From the NCBI GenBank assembly GCA_951406725.2, contig OX597824.1:92318001-92382000 (forward strand): a stretch of 64,000 nucleotides of DNA, given 5' to 3'. Position 1 is the first letter of the stretch. Every line of letters starts with the position of its first letter. The translations under genes were made by a program, and so were the position numbers. Shown one piece after another: positions 13,916-27,927 of the stretch. The stretch comes from Octopus vulgaris (Eukaryota). Under the pieces are notes generated by a model. That model had not been told where the DNA came from and did not search any database. It worked only from the letters and a program-made list of their open reading frames with translations.

Positions 13916-14291
13916 TATTAAGGGAATTATTATACATAAATGCCTCAGTCTAGAAGGGACTCTTCAGGTCAAATCTACCTTAATAAACACATCGTACCGA
14001 ACGCGAGGGAATGCAACAATCGAAGCGAGCCTTTTAAAAACAGATTCAGTTCTGGGGGACTTTCCTGTTCGGAACTATCAACGATAATTAGTGAAAAACT
14101 TGCAATGACGATTAAAAGTGCATTTTGTGCACTAATTATGAAATCATATGATCTGCAGTTGAATCTGTTTTAAAAGGCTCTCTTCGAGACTTGCATTTCC
14201 TCGCGTTCGGTACAATGTGTTTATTATGGTAGTTTTGACTTTAAGAGTCCCTCATAGTGTGAGGCATTTATATATAGTAACGCCCTTAATA
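13916..14291. mobile_element. Fold-back element with about 132-bp imperfect inverted arms
   Basis: 13916-14048 (tattaagggaattattatacataaatgcctca...aaaaacagattca) is the reverse complement of 14160-14291; the right end runs into (TA)n. Confidence 0.85.
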
Positions 14292-15509
14292 TATATATAT
14301 TTTAAATATACTTAGAGATTCTTTCTGGTAAGCATATAAGACAAAAATTGAAACCACACACTCTCACTCACTCCCCGCTCTCATCCTACACACTTGTTAC
14401 AGACACTAACGAATGAGTGAGCGTATGAACATATATACAACCAGGCAAGCAATAGTCATATACACACATCCAGCACTAAAATACTATGCCCATTTCTGAA
14501 ACTGAGCGAAGAACTTTGGTAATAGCTAATTGTTTCGTTTGAGAATGATAATTTAAAATTAAAACTTAAAGAAAACATGATTAAGCATGCAAATTAATGG
14601 CTATTAATATTTATTATTATTTTTTCTCTTCCTATAGTTTTATAATCAACCATTATATATTTCTTTAACATTTTTTGTTGATTCGAAAATTTACATTAAT
14701 GTGTGTTGTTTTCTATTTTTCTGATTGAAGTCTGATATCAGTAATATTGCTCTCAAATGTATTCTTTTAAATTTTAATTTAATTTAAGTCAACAAGAACA
14801 TTCACAGCACCAGCTATCGTCCGCCCGCCGTCCGACGTGTGCAGAACATTCGCGAATCGAGTGCAGTCCGTGTGTCTCTTCTGCCTTAATTCCAGCCATA
14901 TGTTGTTGACGAAGAAATCAATAAATTGATAACTGTTAATTTCACACGGGTCTTATTCACTGGGTGCGGACTTTAGTTTTAATTCCTCGGTTGACGATAC
15001 AGAGTCACCTACTCACGCACACACATACACACTACCCCTATTATATTCATACGCACATATACATACACGTACAGATACACAGGCATGCAAAATAAACGCA
15101 CAAAAAATAAGCACTCGTATATATCCACCCACAAAATCTCACATAGATACACATACGCAGTCTTCATTCATACACACAGAGACCCACGCACATACACACA
15201 CAAATATATTTTCGCTCACACTCACATACACCCTGCATTCTCCACATACATACAGCCCACACACTCTCGCACACATACACATATACACAACCATATACGC
15301 ATCCATATATCCACCTATAAAAACTCACAAAGATACACAGGCGCACGTATTTGCGAAGGCGCACACCCTACACTCACACACACGCGGGCGCCTGCGTACA
15401 TAGGACATATAAAGACTTAATTCATGAGCACACCAAGATGTACACACAGAGTTATATACACATGTGCATACGACAGAATTCAAATATGTAAAATATGACA
15501 TAGCGGTTT

Positions 15510-16143
15510 CAAATTTTGGTACCATTCCAAAATTTGATGGGACGAGGAAGTCGATAACATCGACCCCAGTACTTGATTGGTATCTATTTTATCGAGTCCG
15601 AAAGTATAAAAAGCAATATTGACCACGGCAGAATTTGAACTCAGAACGCAAAGACGGACGAAATATCACAAAGCACTTTTTCCGGCGTGCTAACAATCCT
15701 ACCAGTTCGTAGCCTTAAATCTATATAATTCATTTCTTTATTGCTCATAGGGGGCTAAACATAGAGGTGACAAACAAGGAAAGACAAAGGGAATAAGTTG
15801 ATTACATCAAACCTAGTGCGTAATTGGTACTTAATATATCGACCTAAAAGGATAAAAGGCAAAGTCGACCTCGGCGGAATTTGAACTCAGAACGTAACGG
15901 CAGACGAAATACCTATTTCTTTACTACCCACAAGTGGCTAAACACAGGGAGAACAAACAAGGACAGACAAACAGATTAAGTCGATTGCATCGACCCCAGT
16001 GCATAACTGGTACTTATTTAATCGCCCCCGAGGATGAAAGTCAAAGTCGACTTCGGCGGAATTTGAACTCAGAACGTAAAGACAGACGAAATACCGCTAA
16101 GAATTTCGGCCGGCGCGCCAACACTTCTGCCAGCTCACCGCCT
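15510..16143 (-). mobile_element. SINE family A: older copy at 15510-15715 plus younger dimeric copy at 15730-16142
   Basis: The younger dimer is flanked by TSD ttaaatctatataat / ttaaatgtatataat. Confidence 0.9.
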
Positions 16144-16769
16144 TAAATGTATATAATATGTATAATATAACATACTCTCTGTAAATATATTCGTGTTTAT
16201 GTGTGTGTATATATGTGTGTGTGTGTGCATATGTATGTAAAATACGCATATATATCATTGTTGATGTGAATGAGTGTAACTGTGTGTGTTTGAGTGAAAG
16301 TCTTTGTCTGAGAAAATATACATAAAATATCGATTTGTTTTACAATATCTAATATGTTATAACGATTATTTTTATGTTTAATTCTTTCCGTTTATAAGTA
16401 GAAGTTGCACGAACAGAAATAAGACTCTACAACAACAACAACAACAACAACGGCAACAACAAACACACAGACGCACACACACACACACCCGTACATACTC
16501 CTCGGAAAACATATGCAATTCAAGGATAAAAAAAAAGGATAAAAAGAAGAGAATATCACACACGGTTAGAAAGAATTCGCTTGTACTATTGCCGCTGAAT
16601 ACGGTTGGCAACATGGAGAGAAAGAAGGAAAGCGGTAGAATTACGAACAAAACAAAAGTGAGAGAGACCAAAACAAAAAAAAAATATATATATATAAATG
16701 ATAACGCTTATCAACACAACAACCAATACAATAACGATAATACTAACGTTAGTGATAACAACAAAAGCT

Positions 16770-17099
16770 ATCATCGTCATCATCATCATCATCGTCATCA
16801 TCACCATCATCACCATATTCATCATCATCGCCACTATCATCACCATCATCATCATCAACATACTCACCATCCTCAAAATCACCATCATCATCATCATCCT
16901 CATCACCATCATCATCATCATCACCATCGACATCATCACCGTCGTCATCATCATCAGCATAATTCATCACCCTCATCACCATCATCATGATCAACATCAT
17001 CAGTATCATCCTCATCATCACCATCATCACCATCATGATGATGATCATCATCATCATCACCACCACCACCACCAGCGCCACCACCACAACCACCACCAT

Positions 17100-17166
<67 letters not shown>

Positions 17167-17257
17167 GTTATTTTATTCTCTTATACGTTTCAACCTTAAG
17201 TCTGTGGCCATGCAGTGGCACCGTCTGTATATGAACTGATACCTCATAAAATTATTA

Positions 17258-17309
<52 letters not shown>

Positions 17310-17451
17310 GAATAACAGAGGAAGTACAAAATATCACAACCGAACTGCGTGCATCAAAGGCTGTGCACTAGATAGAAATAGAAAAAAATACATTCGGACA
17401 AAACTCCACAAGAATCTCAATTTTGTTTCAACATTTTAAATACTTTCTTGT

Positions 17452-17516
<65 letters not shown>

Positions 17517-17520
17517 TCAT
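16770..17520. repeat. (CAT/CAC)n, (ATT)n and (ACT)n trinucleotide microsatellites
   Basis: Direct inspection; explains the poly-H/I/M ORFs. Confidence 0.95.
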
Positions 17521-17528
17521 CATTTTAA

Positions 17529-17755
17529 AAGGCAGCGAGCTGGCTCTGTTGTAAGCACGCCGAACGAAGTGCTCAACGATATTTCGTCAGTTTTTATGTT
17601 CTGATTTCATATTCCACCTAATTCATCCTTGCTTTTTCATCGTTTCGTGATAGATGAATTAAGTACCAGTTGCGTATTGAGGTCGATCTAATTGACCGGG
17701 TCCGCCCCCCCCCCAAAAAAAAAATTCGGGCCTTGTGCATAAAGCAGAAGAGAAT
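17529..17755 (+). mobile_element. Diverged SINE family A copy
   Basis: aaggcagcgagctggc head, aagtaccagttgcgta core, gggccttgtgcat tail. Confidence 0.75.
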
Positions 17756-18453
17756 ATTAATATAAAATCTGTATTATTCGTAAAGTTCTTAATGTTCTAA
17801 TAATTATTCATTTGATTCGCTTTCCTTGCGTTCGATTTCTGAATTTTCATCTTGATGTTGTTGTATGTGATTATTAATTTCAATGAGTTCCCTAAATTGT
17901 ATCCTGGGGCCAGACTGAGTGTTGATTTAATTACCTTCTTTCATCCTTTACAAATGTATACTTTTTTTCTTTAAATGGTTAGTGCTTGATTTTGTATTAA
18001 TGATATGGGTCTCTTGGAACATGCATTTGTTGAAAGACACTTACCGCATGATACTTCCATGTAAATATACGTATATCCTTCCTTATCGATCTCTATAAAT
18101 ACATACACACGCATACACACAGGCACACGCACACACATACACATATATATTAGGGGGTTAGCCAAACTATCCAGCGATGGAGTAGACACCACTGAGTTTC
18201 AAAGACACTGGACTGGTATGATGATCTCGCTTTGGGACAGATATCTCCCCTCTCATTGAATAGACATACTCTTCTTTGCAGATAAGGGATTTCAACTATG
18301 ATATCTAGCAATCGAAGTGCTACCATACAGAGTGAGTCACGACTAGTGACAATGGAATTTTTCATATGTTATATTGCGTATGATCACCTTCGTTATTTTA
18401 TCATATATATAAACGTGTGTGTACGGATGTGTGTATATAGACGTACATGCATA

Positions 18454-18879
<426 letters not shown>

Positions 18880-19791
18880 TATGTAGATGTACATGCATGT
18901 GTGTGTGCGTGAATGCGACGCGCGCGTTTGTATGTCCGTCTGTACGTGCTATGAATTACAATGCACGTAGATCAAAGCGCTTCTATCGTTGATGCAATTT
19001 TACGTCCGAACGACACACATACGAAAGATGACCCGGAAATGGATCCACATTTATCATAAACTTTTTTATTATGTGACATTATTTACTCGTGTTGGTTTAT
19101 TGAACATTTCGGCTGTAGATAGATGACCAAATAAATAGTTAAATGTTCAACTTCACAGGTATTCTATATAAGACTTTTTGTTACATCCAATGCGGCTCTT
19201 CCATTTACCTGGACAGAAAATTATTGAACATAATTTGGCTCTAATTTATCAAACATTTTATGCATAGTTTCAGGAACAATTACGTCATGTGTGTATTTTA
19301 GAACTGGACGGAGAGCAACGTCGACGACTTCGGTTTGGAAAATTGAACATTCACCATTTTATTGATTTGGTTAGATGTGAATCACGTGACAAACCAACAC
19401 AGTACATTGAACTGGTACTTATATAAATAATTCTTGGAATTCATAGAAACATTTCCTCTGTCTATATATTTAAAATTTATACACACGCTTCCCTTATCAC
19501 TATGACATCGTTCACAAGTAATGAAAAAAATATTTCTGAATTGTAATTCATTTGAAAATTTAGTGTAAAATGATATTCCCGCTTGTAAGAATAATTTCAT
19601 TTTCGACAGATATATATATATGTATATTATATATAATTCATAATGTTTTCCTAATTACATATTCTGAAGCCATGTAGAAGAAACATCCTCGAACGTTATA
19701 TATTTATAAGACATGATTATTTCTTTTGTTTTTGTGGTTTCCAAATAAATACATATTTATGAAGCTATAGTTGTTTGTGACACACACACAC

Positions 19792-19833
<42 letters not shown>

Positions 19834-19950
19834 ATGCACACATGCACACATACACATATTTATATATACATATATATGTTACAACGTAGACATATCTGTC
19901 ACAACGGCACATTTAATATCTCCTCTACATCTACTCTCACACTTATGTAA

Positions 19951-20004
<54 letters not shown>

Positions 20005-21073
20005 TAATATATGTTACCATGTTACATATGTATGCGTGTGTGTCTGTATGCATATGTGTATACTGTGCAATTTTTTTATTTTTATATTTGATTAAAAGCA
20101 GGATTTTCAAATTTTGTAAAATATTTAGATTTCGGGCGTTGAAGTACATATTATTTAAAAGACGAAATAAGTGAAAATATGGCTGAATGCTCCTAGTAAT
20201 CTAACAGAAATGCAGTTCGAAGAAGGTGTAACAGAACACGTATAAAATGCTAGAATTTGGAGCTGTTTAATTCAAATATCTTTAGAGAAAGGATAATACA
20301 GAACATATGTTGAGACATTACACGAGAAAGAGTTTGATGGTATGCGTGGAAGAATGGTTTATCGTTAATATGCGCATTGTTACACGTCGTTCATTTTCTT
20401 GGGAGGTTGTATATATTTAAAGAGAACGTACGAAAATGTGATATCTTCAATTAAACTACATAATCCCTAAATGCATGAAAATGAAATTATAATGAATTTT
20501 AGATTTGGGATAATTCAAAATGCTTAAAATGAAAGACAAATAAAATTTGAATTTGAATGAAATAATGCAATGATTTACAGACGAAAAGAAAAAAAATGAC
20601 ACGGATTATTAAAATAAAAATATCATTAAGTAACAATTCTTTGTTTAAAAGCTACATAATCTTAATTCGTAGTTTATAATATTTTGTATTGTGAACATGT
20701 TTTATTTTAAATAATCTGTCATTCTAAGTCAGGTTTGTTTTCCGCTATTAACATTCTGAAAACTGAACAGTCAACAGATGAATATATAATAGATCCTTAA
20801 AATGAGTTCCTTAAAAAATTCAGCCCCCTAATATGCCCAATGAAATGTTGCAAAACGTCCGTAGCAACAGTGAACTTGGACATTCATAAGCATTTTCCAC
20901 CTCATCTTATCATGATCAGATTCTTAATGGGAGAGCAGAACGTTGCGATAAAGCAATTAGAAGTGACTTTTCTGAGGAATTGAATTACAATGCGAATATA
21001 TGCACACCGCCGCAATGCATAAAACCAGAAGTAATACAAAAAATACACTCATTTCCTTCTGGACTATAGTAAA

Positions 21074-21112
<39 letters not shown>

Positions 21113-21354
21113 AGAGTAAATAATTTCTATAATGGTTTTTAAAAAAGACCACAATTAGTTAGTATATGTGCATGGCATACCATATAATAGAATTGCCACT
21201 AGGTATTGAGGACGTGTTAGGAGAGACATATATAAAATGTAACAGGAGTCTTAATCATATTACTAGAACTCGGTATGTAAACTGGTAGAACTCGGTATGT
21301 AAATATAGCCGATTAACGGTAGGAACTTCTGTAAAGTTCAGTATATATATATTG

Positions 21355-21602
21355 TATATAAGAAAAAGGGACAGGCAACAGGTTGCTTGGCCGCATACCG
21401 AAAAAGTAGAAATAGCAGTCAAGAATGCTTATTTCTATTTTCCACAAGTGGGGCTCCACACACGACAAACTCTGTGAATTGCAGGGTTTGTCGTGTGTGG
21501 AGCCCGACTTGTGGAAAATAGAAATAAGCATTCTTGACTGCTATTTCTACTTTTTTCGGTATGCGGCCAAGCAACCTGTTGCCTGTCCCTTTTTCTTATA
21601 TA
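21355..21602. repeat. Near-perfect 248-bp palindrome embedded in (TA)n
   Basis: tatataagaaaaagggacaggcaacagg...cacacgacaaac / gtttgtcgtgtg...cctgtccctttttcttatata, centred near 21479 with essentially no spacer. Confidence 0.95.
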
Positions 21603-21648
21603 TATATATAACTGTAAATGTCATATGTGACAATTATTCGGTATCCAT

Positions 21649-21709
21649 GATAAAACTCCAGGTTTCGGATGCTAAGGTGGAAATCCACGCCGCCATCTCT
21701 TCAGTTATC
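21649..21709 (-). ncRNA. Candidate type-I hammerhead ribozyme with canonical core
   Basis: Minus strand: gataa-CTGAAGA-gatg(gcggc gtgg attt ccac cttag)catc-c-GAAAC-ctgga-GTT-ttatc. Stem I is gataa/ttatc and the cleavage triplet is GUU. Confidence 0.6.
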
Positions 21710-22044
21710 GGCCATCGGAAAATGCTTTGAAAAATGACCGTCATACAAAGGGAAATTACTGTGTGATTGACCATTATTAAGACAAAAGAGCTATTTGAAT
21801 GACCGCTAAGTGATGGGAGGGAGTAAAAGTAAGGGGTTAAAAAAGTTCATAGTATTCGCGTAAGCGCGCATGTTCATACTCACACATGCGCGCTCGCACA
21901 CGCACGTGCGTGCACCTAAGAGTATGCATTCATCCACCCTCACTTGAAAAAGTACACATCCTCCCTCGCACCATTCGCCAAATGTATATGTATATACATA
22001 GAAACCCCCCACACACACACGCGCGCAACAAAAGAATTCATATA

Positions 22045-22127
<83 letters not shown>

Positions 22128-22783
22128 ATTTTCTGCTCAACCTCGTATGATATTGCTCAGATCATGTCTAAGTCTAAACTCTCCAAACTGAAAATATCCG
22201 TTTCTATGGCAATAACTATTGAATTTAAGGAAATTTGTAAAGTTCAATAACCCGGCCATATGTCACCTTCTTAACCTATATTGCGATAACTGTGAACCAA
22301 TTCAAATAACGATTTAACCTACGCACATTGTTTTCGTAATTCTAGTAATATGATTAAGACTCCTGTTACATTTTATATATGTCTCTCCTAACACGTCCTC
22401 AATACCTAGTGGCAATTCTATTATATGGTATGCCATGCACATATACTAACTAATGACGTGAAATCTACCATTCGATATCGTATGAAATAGCTATCTTCAA
22501 ACTTCAATCATTCAATAAGCGCACAACGTAACTGACATGTAGGATATTGAAAACGCCTTATATTTCTAATCTAATTTCCGAATGAATTTAACTCCAGGCA
22601 TCGCTGTAAACATTCTCTAAATAATCAACACAGTAATTTTCGTTAATAAATCATTCAGCATGAATCTTTCGGAAGAGATGAAAGTGCTAAATAAATAATT
22701 ATCCAAAATCCGGACTACCTCATTCCTAATACATCAAATTTGTACACCACTTCAAACAGTATACACACTCACACACACGCACG

Positions 22784-22868
<85 letters not shown>

Positions 22869-23164
22869 ATACGTATGTATGTATGTATGTATGTATGTAT
22901 GCATGCTACGAAACCTATGTTTGAAATCGATTTTAATGGCAAAGCATCGTTTGTAACACGAGTCTAAGCCAAATTATTCACTCTGTTAGACAACAAAATA
23001 TATTTTCTTCCATACTCATATTTTACAATTGCAGGAAAATTCTAGTTTTACATTTAAGCGTCCGTTATATTTTTAGAACATTTTCTTGCGTAGCAAATTA
23101 CCAAATGTTATAGTTTGCTTTAACTATACACTCTTATTTTATACAATCGTCAATAAACTTCTTT

Positions 23165-23520
23165 CCGGCTGTGTAGTAAGAAGTTTGCTTCCCAGCCACA
23201 TGGTTCAAGGTTCAGTCCCATTGCGTGGCAGCTTGGACGAGTGTCCTCTACTATAGCCCCGAACCGAACGAAGACTTGTGAGCGGATTTGGTAGACGGAA
23301 ACTGAAAGGAGAGCGTCGTGCGTGTCTTTGTGTGTGTGTTTGTCACCCACCATCGCGCGACAACCGGTGCTGGTGTGTTTATGTCCCCGTAATATAGCGC
23401 TTAGGCAAAAGAGATCGATAAAATAAGTAGCAGGCTTAAAACAAAACAATACCGGGGTCAATTTAACTCGATTCCACAACATGTTGCCCCAGCATGGGCG
23501 CACTCAGATGACTGAAACAA
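23165..23520 (+). mobile_element. SINE family C
   Basis: ggctgtgtagtaagaagtttgcttccc...ggttcagtccca head, internal (TG)n, tail ccagcatgg...gactgaaacaa; homologous to the copies at 24206, 28675 and 40575. Confidence 0.85.
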
Positions 23521-23782
23521 AAACCAAAAACAAAAAAAAATATACCATCATACAGAATATACTCCATTTAACGGTGATAATATAAATAATCCTCACAAAT
23601 ATACTTTTAAAAATAATTTCCTAAAATAGACAAAAACACTTTTATTGTGTTTTTAGCAAATTGCGACATATTTTAACAGTTCAACAATCGAATATTGCAT
23701 CTACCATCCACATTAAGTTTTGATGTTAATTACCAAAATCAACCTAACATTTTCATAATTTTTTATATAAATTTATGGTATT

Positions 23783-24093
23783 CACCGTGATCACCGTGAC
23801 CGACCAGTCTATCAGATGTTGCTACACATCACTGGTCACATTGCGCTTCGCATTATTTTGGCCTTCAAACGACGCCAACCCGCTGGCTAAGTGAGCTGGC
23901 CAACAGAAAAAAGAGTGAGAGAAAGTTGTGGCGAAAGTGTACAGTAGGGATCGCCCCTGCCCCCTGCCGGAGCCTCATGGAGCTTTAGGTGTTTTCGCTC
24001 AATAAACACTCACAACGGACGGTATGGGAATCGAAAGCGCGATCCTACTACCGCGAGTCCGCTGCCCGAACCACTGGGCCATTGCGCCTCCAC
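23783..24093 (-). mobile_element. SINE family B, tail type 2
   Basis: Same head and core as 5938-6245 with a different 3' tail. TSD aaatttatggtatt / aaatttatgatatt. Confidence 0.85.
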
Positions 24094-24205
24094 AAATTTA
24101 TGATATTAGGTAACAGAAAACAATAATGATATAGGATGTCTGTTATTTATATTAATCTTCTCTAAACAAATACAATCTGTTAGCAGCACACCATATCTTT
24201 TATGA

Positions 24206-24694
24206 TTTACTTGTTTCTGTCATTTCACTGCGGCCATGTTGGGGCACCGCCTTGAAGAATTTCTAGTCGAATGTATCGAAGCCAGTAATTTATGCTAAAG
24301 TTTGGTACTTATTCTATCGGTCTCTTTTGCCGAACCACTAGTTTACAGGGATATAAACACATCAGCGTCGGTACCTAAGCTGTACTGGTGGGGTACAAAC
24401 ACAGACACAAAAAAAAACACACACAGATATATATCTATACACATATACGGCGGGCGCCGGCGGCGGTTGTAAAGCAGTAATATGGGGTCAAACACAGACA
24501 CACATGCATAAATATATACATATGTTTATATGATGGGTTTCATTCAATTTCCGTCTACGAAACTCAATCATAAAGCTTTAGCACAGCCGAGGTAAATAGT
24601 AGAAGAAACTTATCCAATGTGATGTGCTGTGGGATTGAAACGGGAATCATGTGGTTGGGAAGCCAGTTTCTTACCAAACAACCACGCCTGCGCC
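24206..24694 (-). mobile_element. SINE family C (inverted relative to the 23165 copy)
   Basis: Reverse-complement homology to 23165-23520, with a partial internal duplication at about 24370-24520. Confidence 0.8.
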
Positions 24695-25095
24695 TATATC
24701 TTAAGCTTTATGTAAGAATTAATGTTACGTTTAAGAAAGCATTAAAAATGCAGCGCCTTTAAAATAATTGTTAAGTGATATATAGTTTTTCGAAAACAAA
24801 AGCTCTGTATCCATATTAAATAATATTTAATCCTATATTCTTCATTTAATCCTTTGTTACGTGTCTTCTAAACTTCATTCAATCTTGATTTCAGACTGTA
24901 ATGTGTACACTGTATGTCTTTAATTTTATCTCATACGGTTTCCTAGCTATTGGTACAATAGAATAACTCTTACATTTCAAATACGATATCGAAACACATG
25001 TAGCTTGACCTTATATTTCGTATATGATATTTTCTTAGTCTAATATTAAACACCATACACCATATATGTTTCGTACTTATTGGCTATGTGTATGT

Positions 25096-25483
25096 GGACG
25101 GATGGAAGCACACCGTCGGTTACGACGACGAGGGTTCCGGTTGATCCGATCAACGGAACAGCCTGCTCGTGAAATTAACGTGCAAGTGGCTGAGCACTCC
25201 ACAGACACGTGTACCCTTAACGTAGTTCTCGGGGATATTCAGCGTGACACAGAGAGTGACAAAGCCGGCCCTTTGAAATACAGGTACAACAGAAACAGGA
25301 AGTAAGAGTGAGATAAAGAGTGGTGAAAGAGTACAGCAGGGATCGCCACCATCCCCTGCCGGAGCCTCGTGGAGCTATAGGTGTTTTCGCTCAATAAACA
25401 CTCACAACGCCCGGTCTGGGAATCGAAACCACGATCCTATGACCGCGAGTCCACTGCCCTAACCACTGGGCCAGTACACCTCC
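25096..25483 (-). mobile_element. SINE family B, tail type 3
   Basis: Same head and core with a third distinct tail. 12-bp TSD ctatgtgtatgt on both sides. Confidence 0.85.
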
Positions 25484-25502
25484 TATGTGTATGTAAGTAA
25501 GT

Positions 25503-25765
25503 CCTTATTCAGTTTCATTAGAATTTCAACATCAACAACAGGGTATTTTTGTATTTTTGTATTTTGTATGTGCAGATTTGTATGTTATATGTATGTATTC
25601 TCATGCGTATATTTACATATCTATACATACTCATATATATGTAAATGATAAACTTCTGGAAAGTTTTACAGATTTTTACAGTTCCAGTGATGGATTGGAC
25701 CTGTAGTCTTCGAATCAGCTTTCTCCTTTCTGGTTATGAGAAGCCTAATTTCTCAAGATTTCTCT
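25503..25765 (-). mobile_element. 3' end of a second RLE-type non-LTR retrotransposon
   Basis: Minus translation NLEKLGFS*PERRKLIRRLQVQSITGTVKICKTFQKFII resembles an RLE-LINE C-terminus and is followed by a 3' UTR-like stretch. Confidence 0.55.
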
Positions 25766-26225
25766 AATTTTTGGAGATGTTTCCGGAGTATTTGTGCGGT
25801 TCCAAGCAGTGCTGTTTTTTGCAAGTGCTCCACCCTTATTGCAGCCCCTATTTCTTCCACGTACACCTCGTGATTTTTGCTCACTGTTCCCAGGGCTTCG
25901 ACATTTATTGGTACTACTGCTACCTTTTTCATCGACCATAACTTCCCAAGCTAACCTGTCATATCCCACAACCTTTCTTTCTTCCTTATCGCATACCTTG
26001 TTGTCAGTTGGGCATGATATATAAATGATCCAGCATAGTTTTTTTGTCTTAATTAAGACTTCCTATTCTGTGGCTTCCTGGCTTCCTATTCTCTATCTCA
26101 TGGTCGCACTGAATCATAATGTCTTTGCATTATCATTTTCGATCATGCCTTTGGGTGTGTGGTCCATACTTGTTGCAAAGTGTCCAATGGACAATCCTGG
26201 CTATATTATCGTGGCGTCTGTTCTG
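25766..26225 (-). pseudogene. R4/Dong-type non-LTR retrotransposon fragment (restriction-like endonuclease domain)
   Basis: Minus translation with frameshifts: RRHDNIARIVHWTLCNKYG...IQCDHEIENRKP...CWIIYISCPTDNKV...VVPINVEALGTV...LQK/TALLGTAQILRKHL. Adjacent (TAA)n is the typical Dong target. Confidence 0.85.
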
Positions 26226-26261
26226 GACTAGTGGCGTTCAGTGGCTGGTAATATGGCTGTT

Positions 26262-26295
26262 AATAATAATAACAATAAGAAGAATATTATTATTA

Positions 26296-26366
<71 letters not shown>

Positions 26367-26410
26367 GTTGTTGTTGTTGTTGTTGTAGTTGTTGTTGTTG
26401 TTATTATTTA
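26262..26410. repeat. (TTA)n/(TTG)n microsatellite
   Basis: Direct inspection. Confidence 0.95.
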
Positions 26411-27204
26411 ACCATTACCACACCGAGGAATCTGCTTAACGGATTTCACCCGTCTCCACATTCTGAGTCGAAACTCCGCCGAGATCAACTTCGCCTTTCA
26501 TCCGTTCGGGGTCGATTAAAAATCGGACAGTCGAACACCAGATATCCATGTAACCACCTCCCCCATCAAAAGAACAAAAACAAAAACAACTGCTGGCCGT
26601 GTATCAAAACTAGAAAACATTAGTGTAGTTACTACCACCACCACGGCCGTCGTAGTCGTGATGATCAATATCCTAGTCGCCCCCATCATCTCCTTCCTCT
26701 CATTATTGTTATTATTGCTAATGTCGTATACGTTTCATTATGAGTGTTAGAAAGGTAATTGTTTTTAAGTCGGAAATGCTGTCTAAATCCCATTGATATT
26801 CAACTTATGGAAACTTGAAAATGAATAGTTTTTACAAATTTTACTATTAAGACAATTTATGAATAAGCTGCTAGGTGGAACATTTAATTGCAAACATAAG
26901 CTTGCTTTAGAAGTGCAACTTAATGATAGATTTGTATGTAGGAGTTTGAGGGAACCATTACCGTGTGATTATATCTAATCTCTGTGGAACGGCGCGGTTC
27001 GTTTGCATTCGTTTGGTTTCGTTTAAGATGCTAATATATACATTAAGATTTCAAGTGTTTGATTTTAGTTCGAAAAATCACTTATCTACAGAGGGCTTTC
27101 TCTAGCTTCAAGTGTGATTCTCTGCGCAAACGCACGCGGTTTGCAGCACACAGATTAACAGGCACAAGCGTACACATATGCACAAATACATACTCACAAG
27201 CTCA

Positions 27205-27483
<279 letters not shown>

Positions 27484-27484
27484 T

Positions 27485-27875
27485 GGCGGCGAGCTGGTAG
27501 AATCGTTAGCACGCCGGGCGAAATGCGTAGCCGTATTTTGTCAGCCGCTACGTTCTGAGTTTAAATTCCGCCGAGGTCGACTTTCACTTTCATCCTTTCG
27601 GGGTCGATTAAATAAGTACCAGTTACGAACTGGGGTCGATATAATCGACTTAATCCGTTTGTCTATCCTTCTTTGCCCCTTCTGCGTTTAGCCCCTTGTG
27701 GGTAGTAAAGAAATATGTATTTCGTCTGCCGCTATGTTCTGAGTTCAAATTCCACCGATGTCGACCTTGCTTTTCATCCTTTCGGGGTTGATAAATTAAG
27801 TTCCAGTTACGTACTGGGGTCGATCTGAACGACTGCCCCCCTCCCCCCAGTTTCAAGCCTCGTGCCTAGAAAAGA
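27485..27875 (+). mobile_element. Dimeric SINE family A
   Basis: Head, unit with the ...gtagtaaagaaata tail, restart at gtatttcg (about 27717), and a second unit ending in the alternative tail. Confidence 0.9.
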
Positions 27876-27927
27876 ACCAAAATGATATGTGCTATGTATG
27901 GATGTGGGAAAACATGTAATACCATGT

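Larger units (their letters stand above)
21154..22454. repeat. 115-bp inverted repeat pair (21154-21268 and 22340-22454)
   Basis: attagttagtatatgtgcatggcatacc...catattactagaa is, by eye, the exact reverse complement of ttctagtaatatg...gcacatatactaactaat. Confidence 0.9.

Noticed and set aside
19304-19325. tggacggaga resembling the miR-184 5' end
   Set aside because: Only about 10 nt match and no precursor hairpin is evident.
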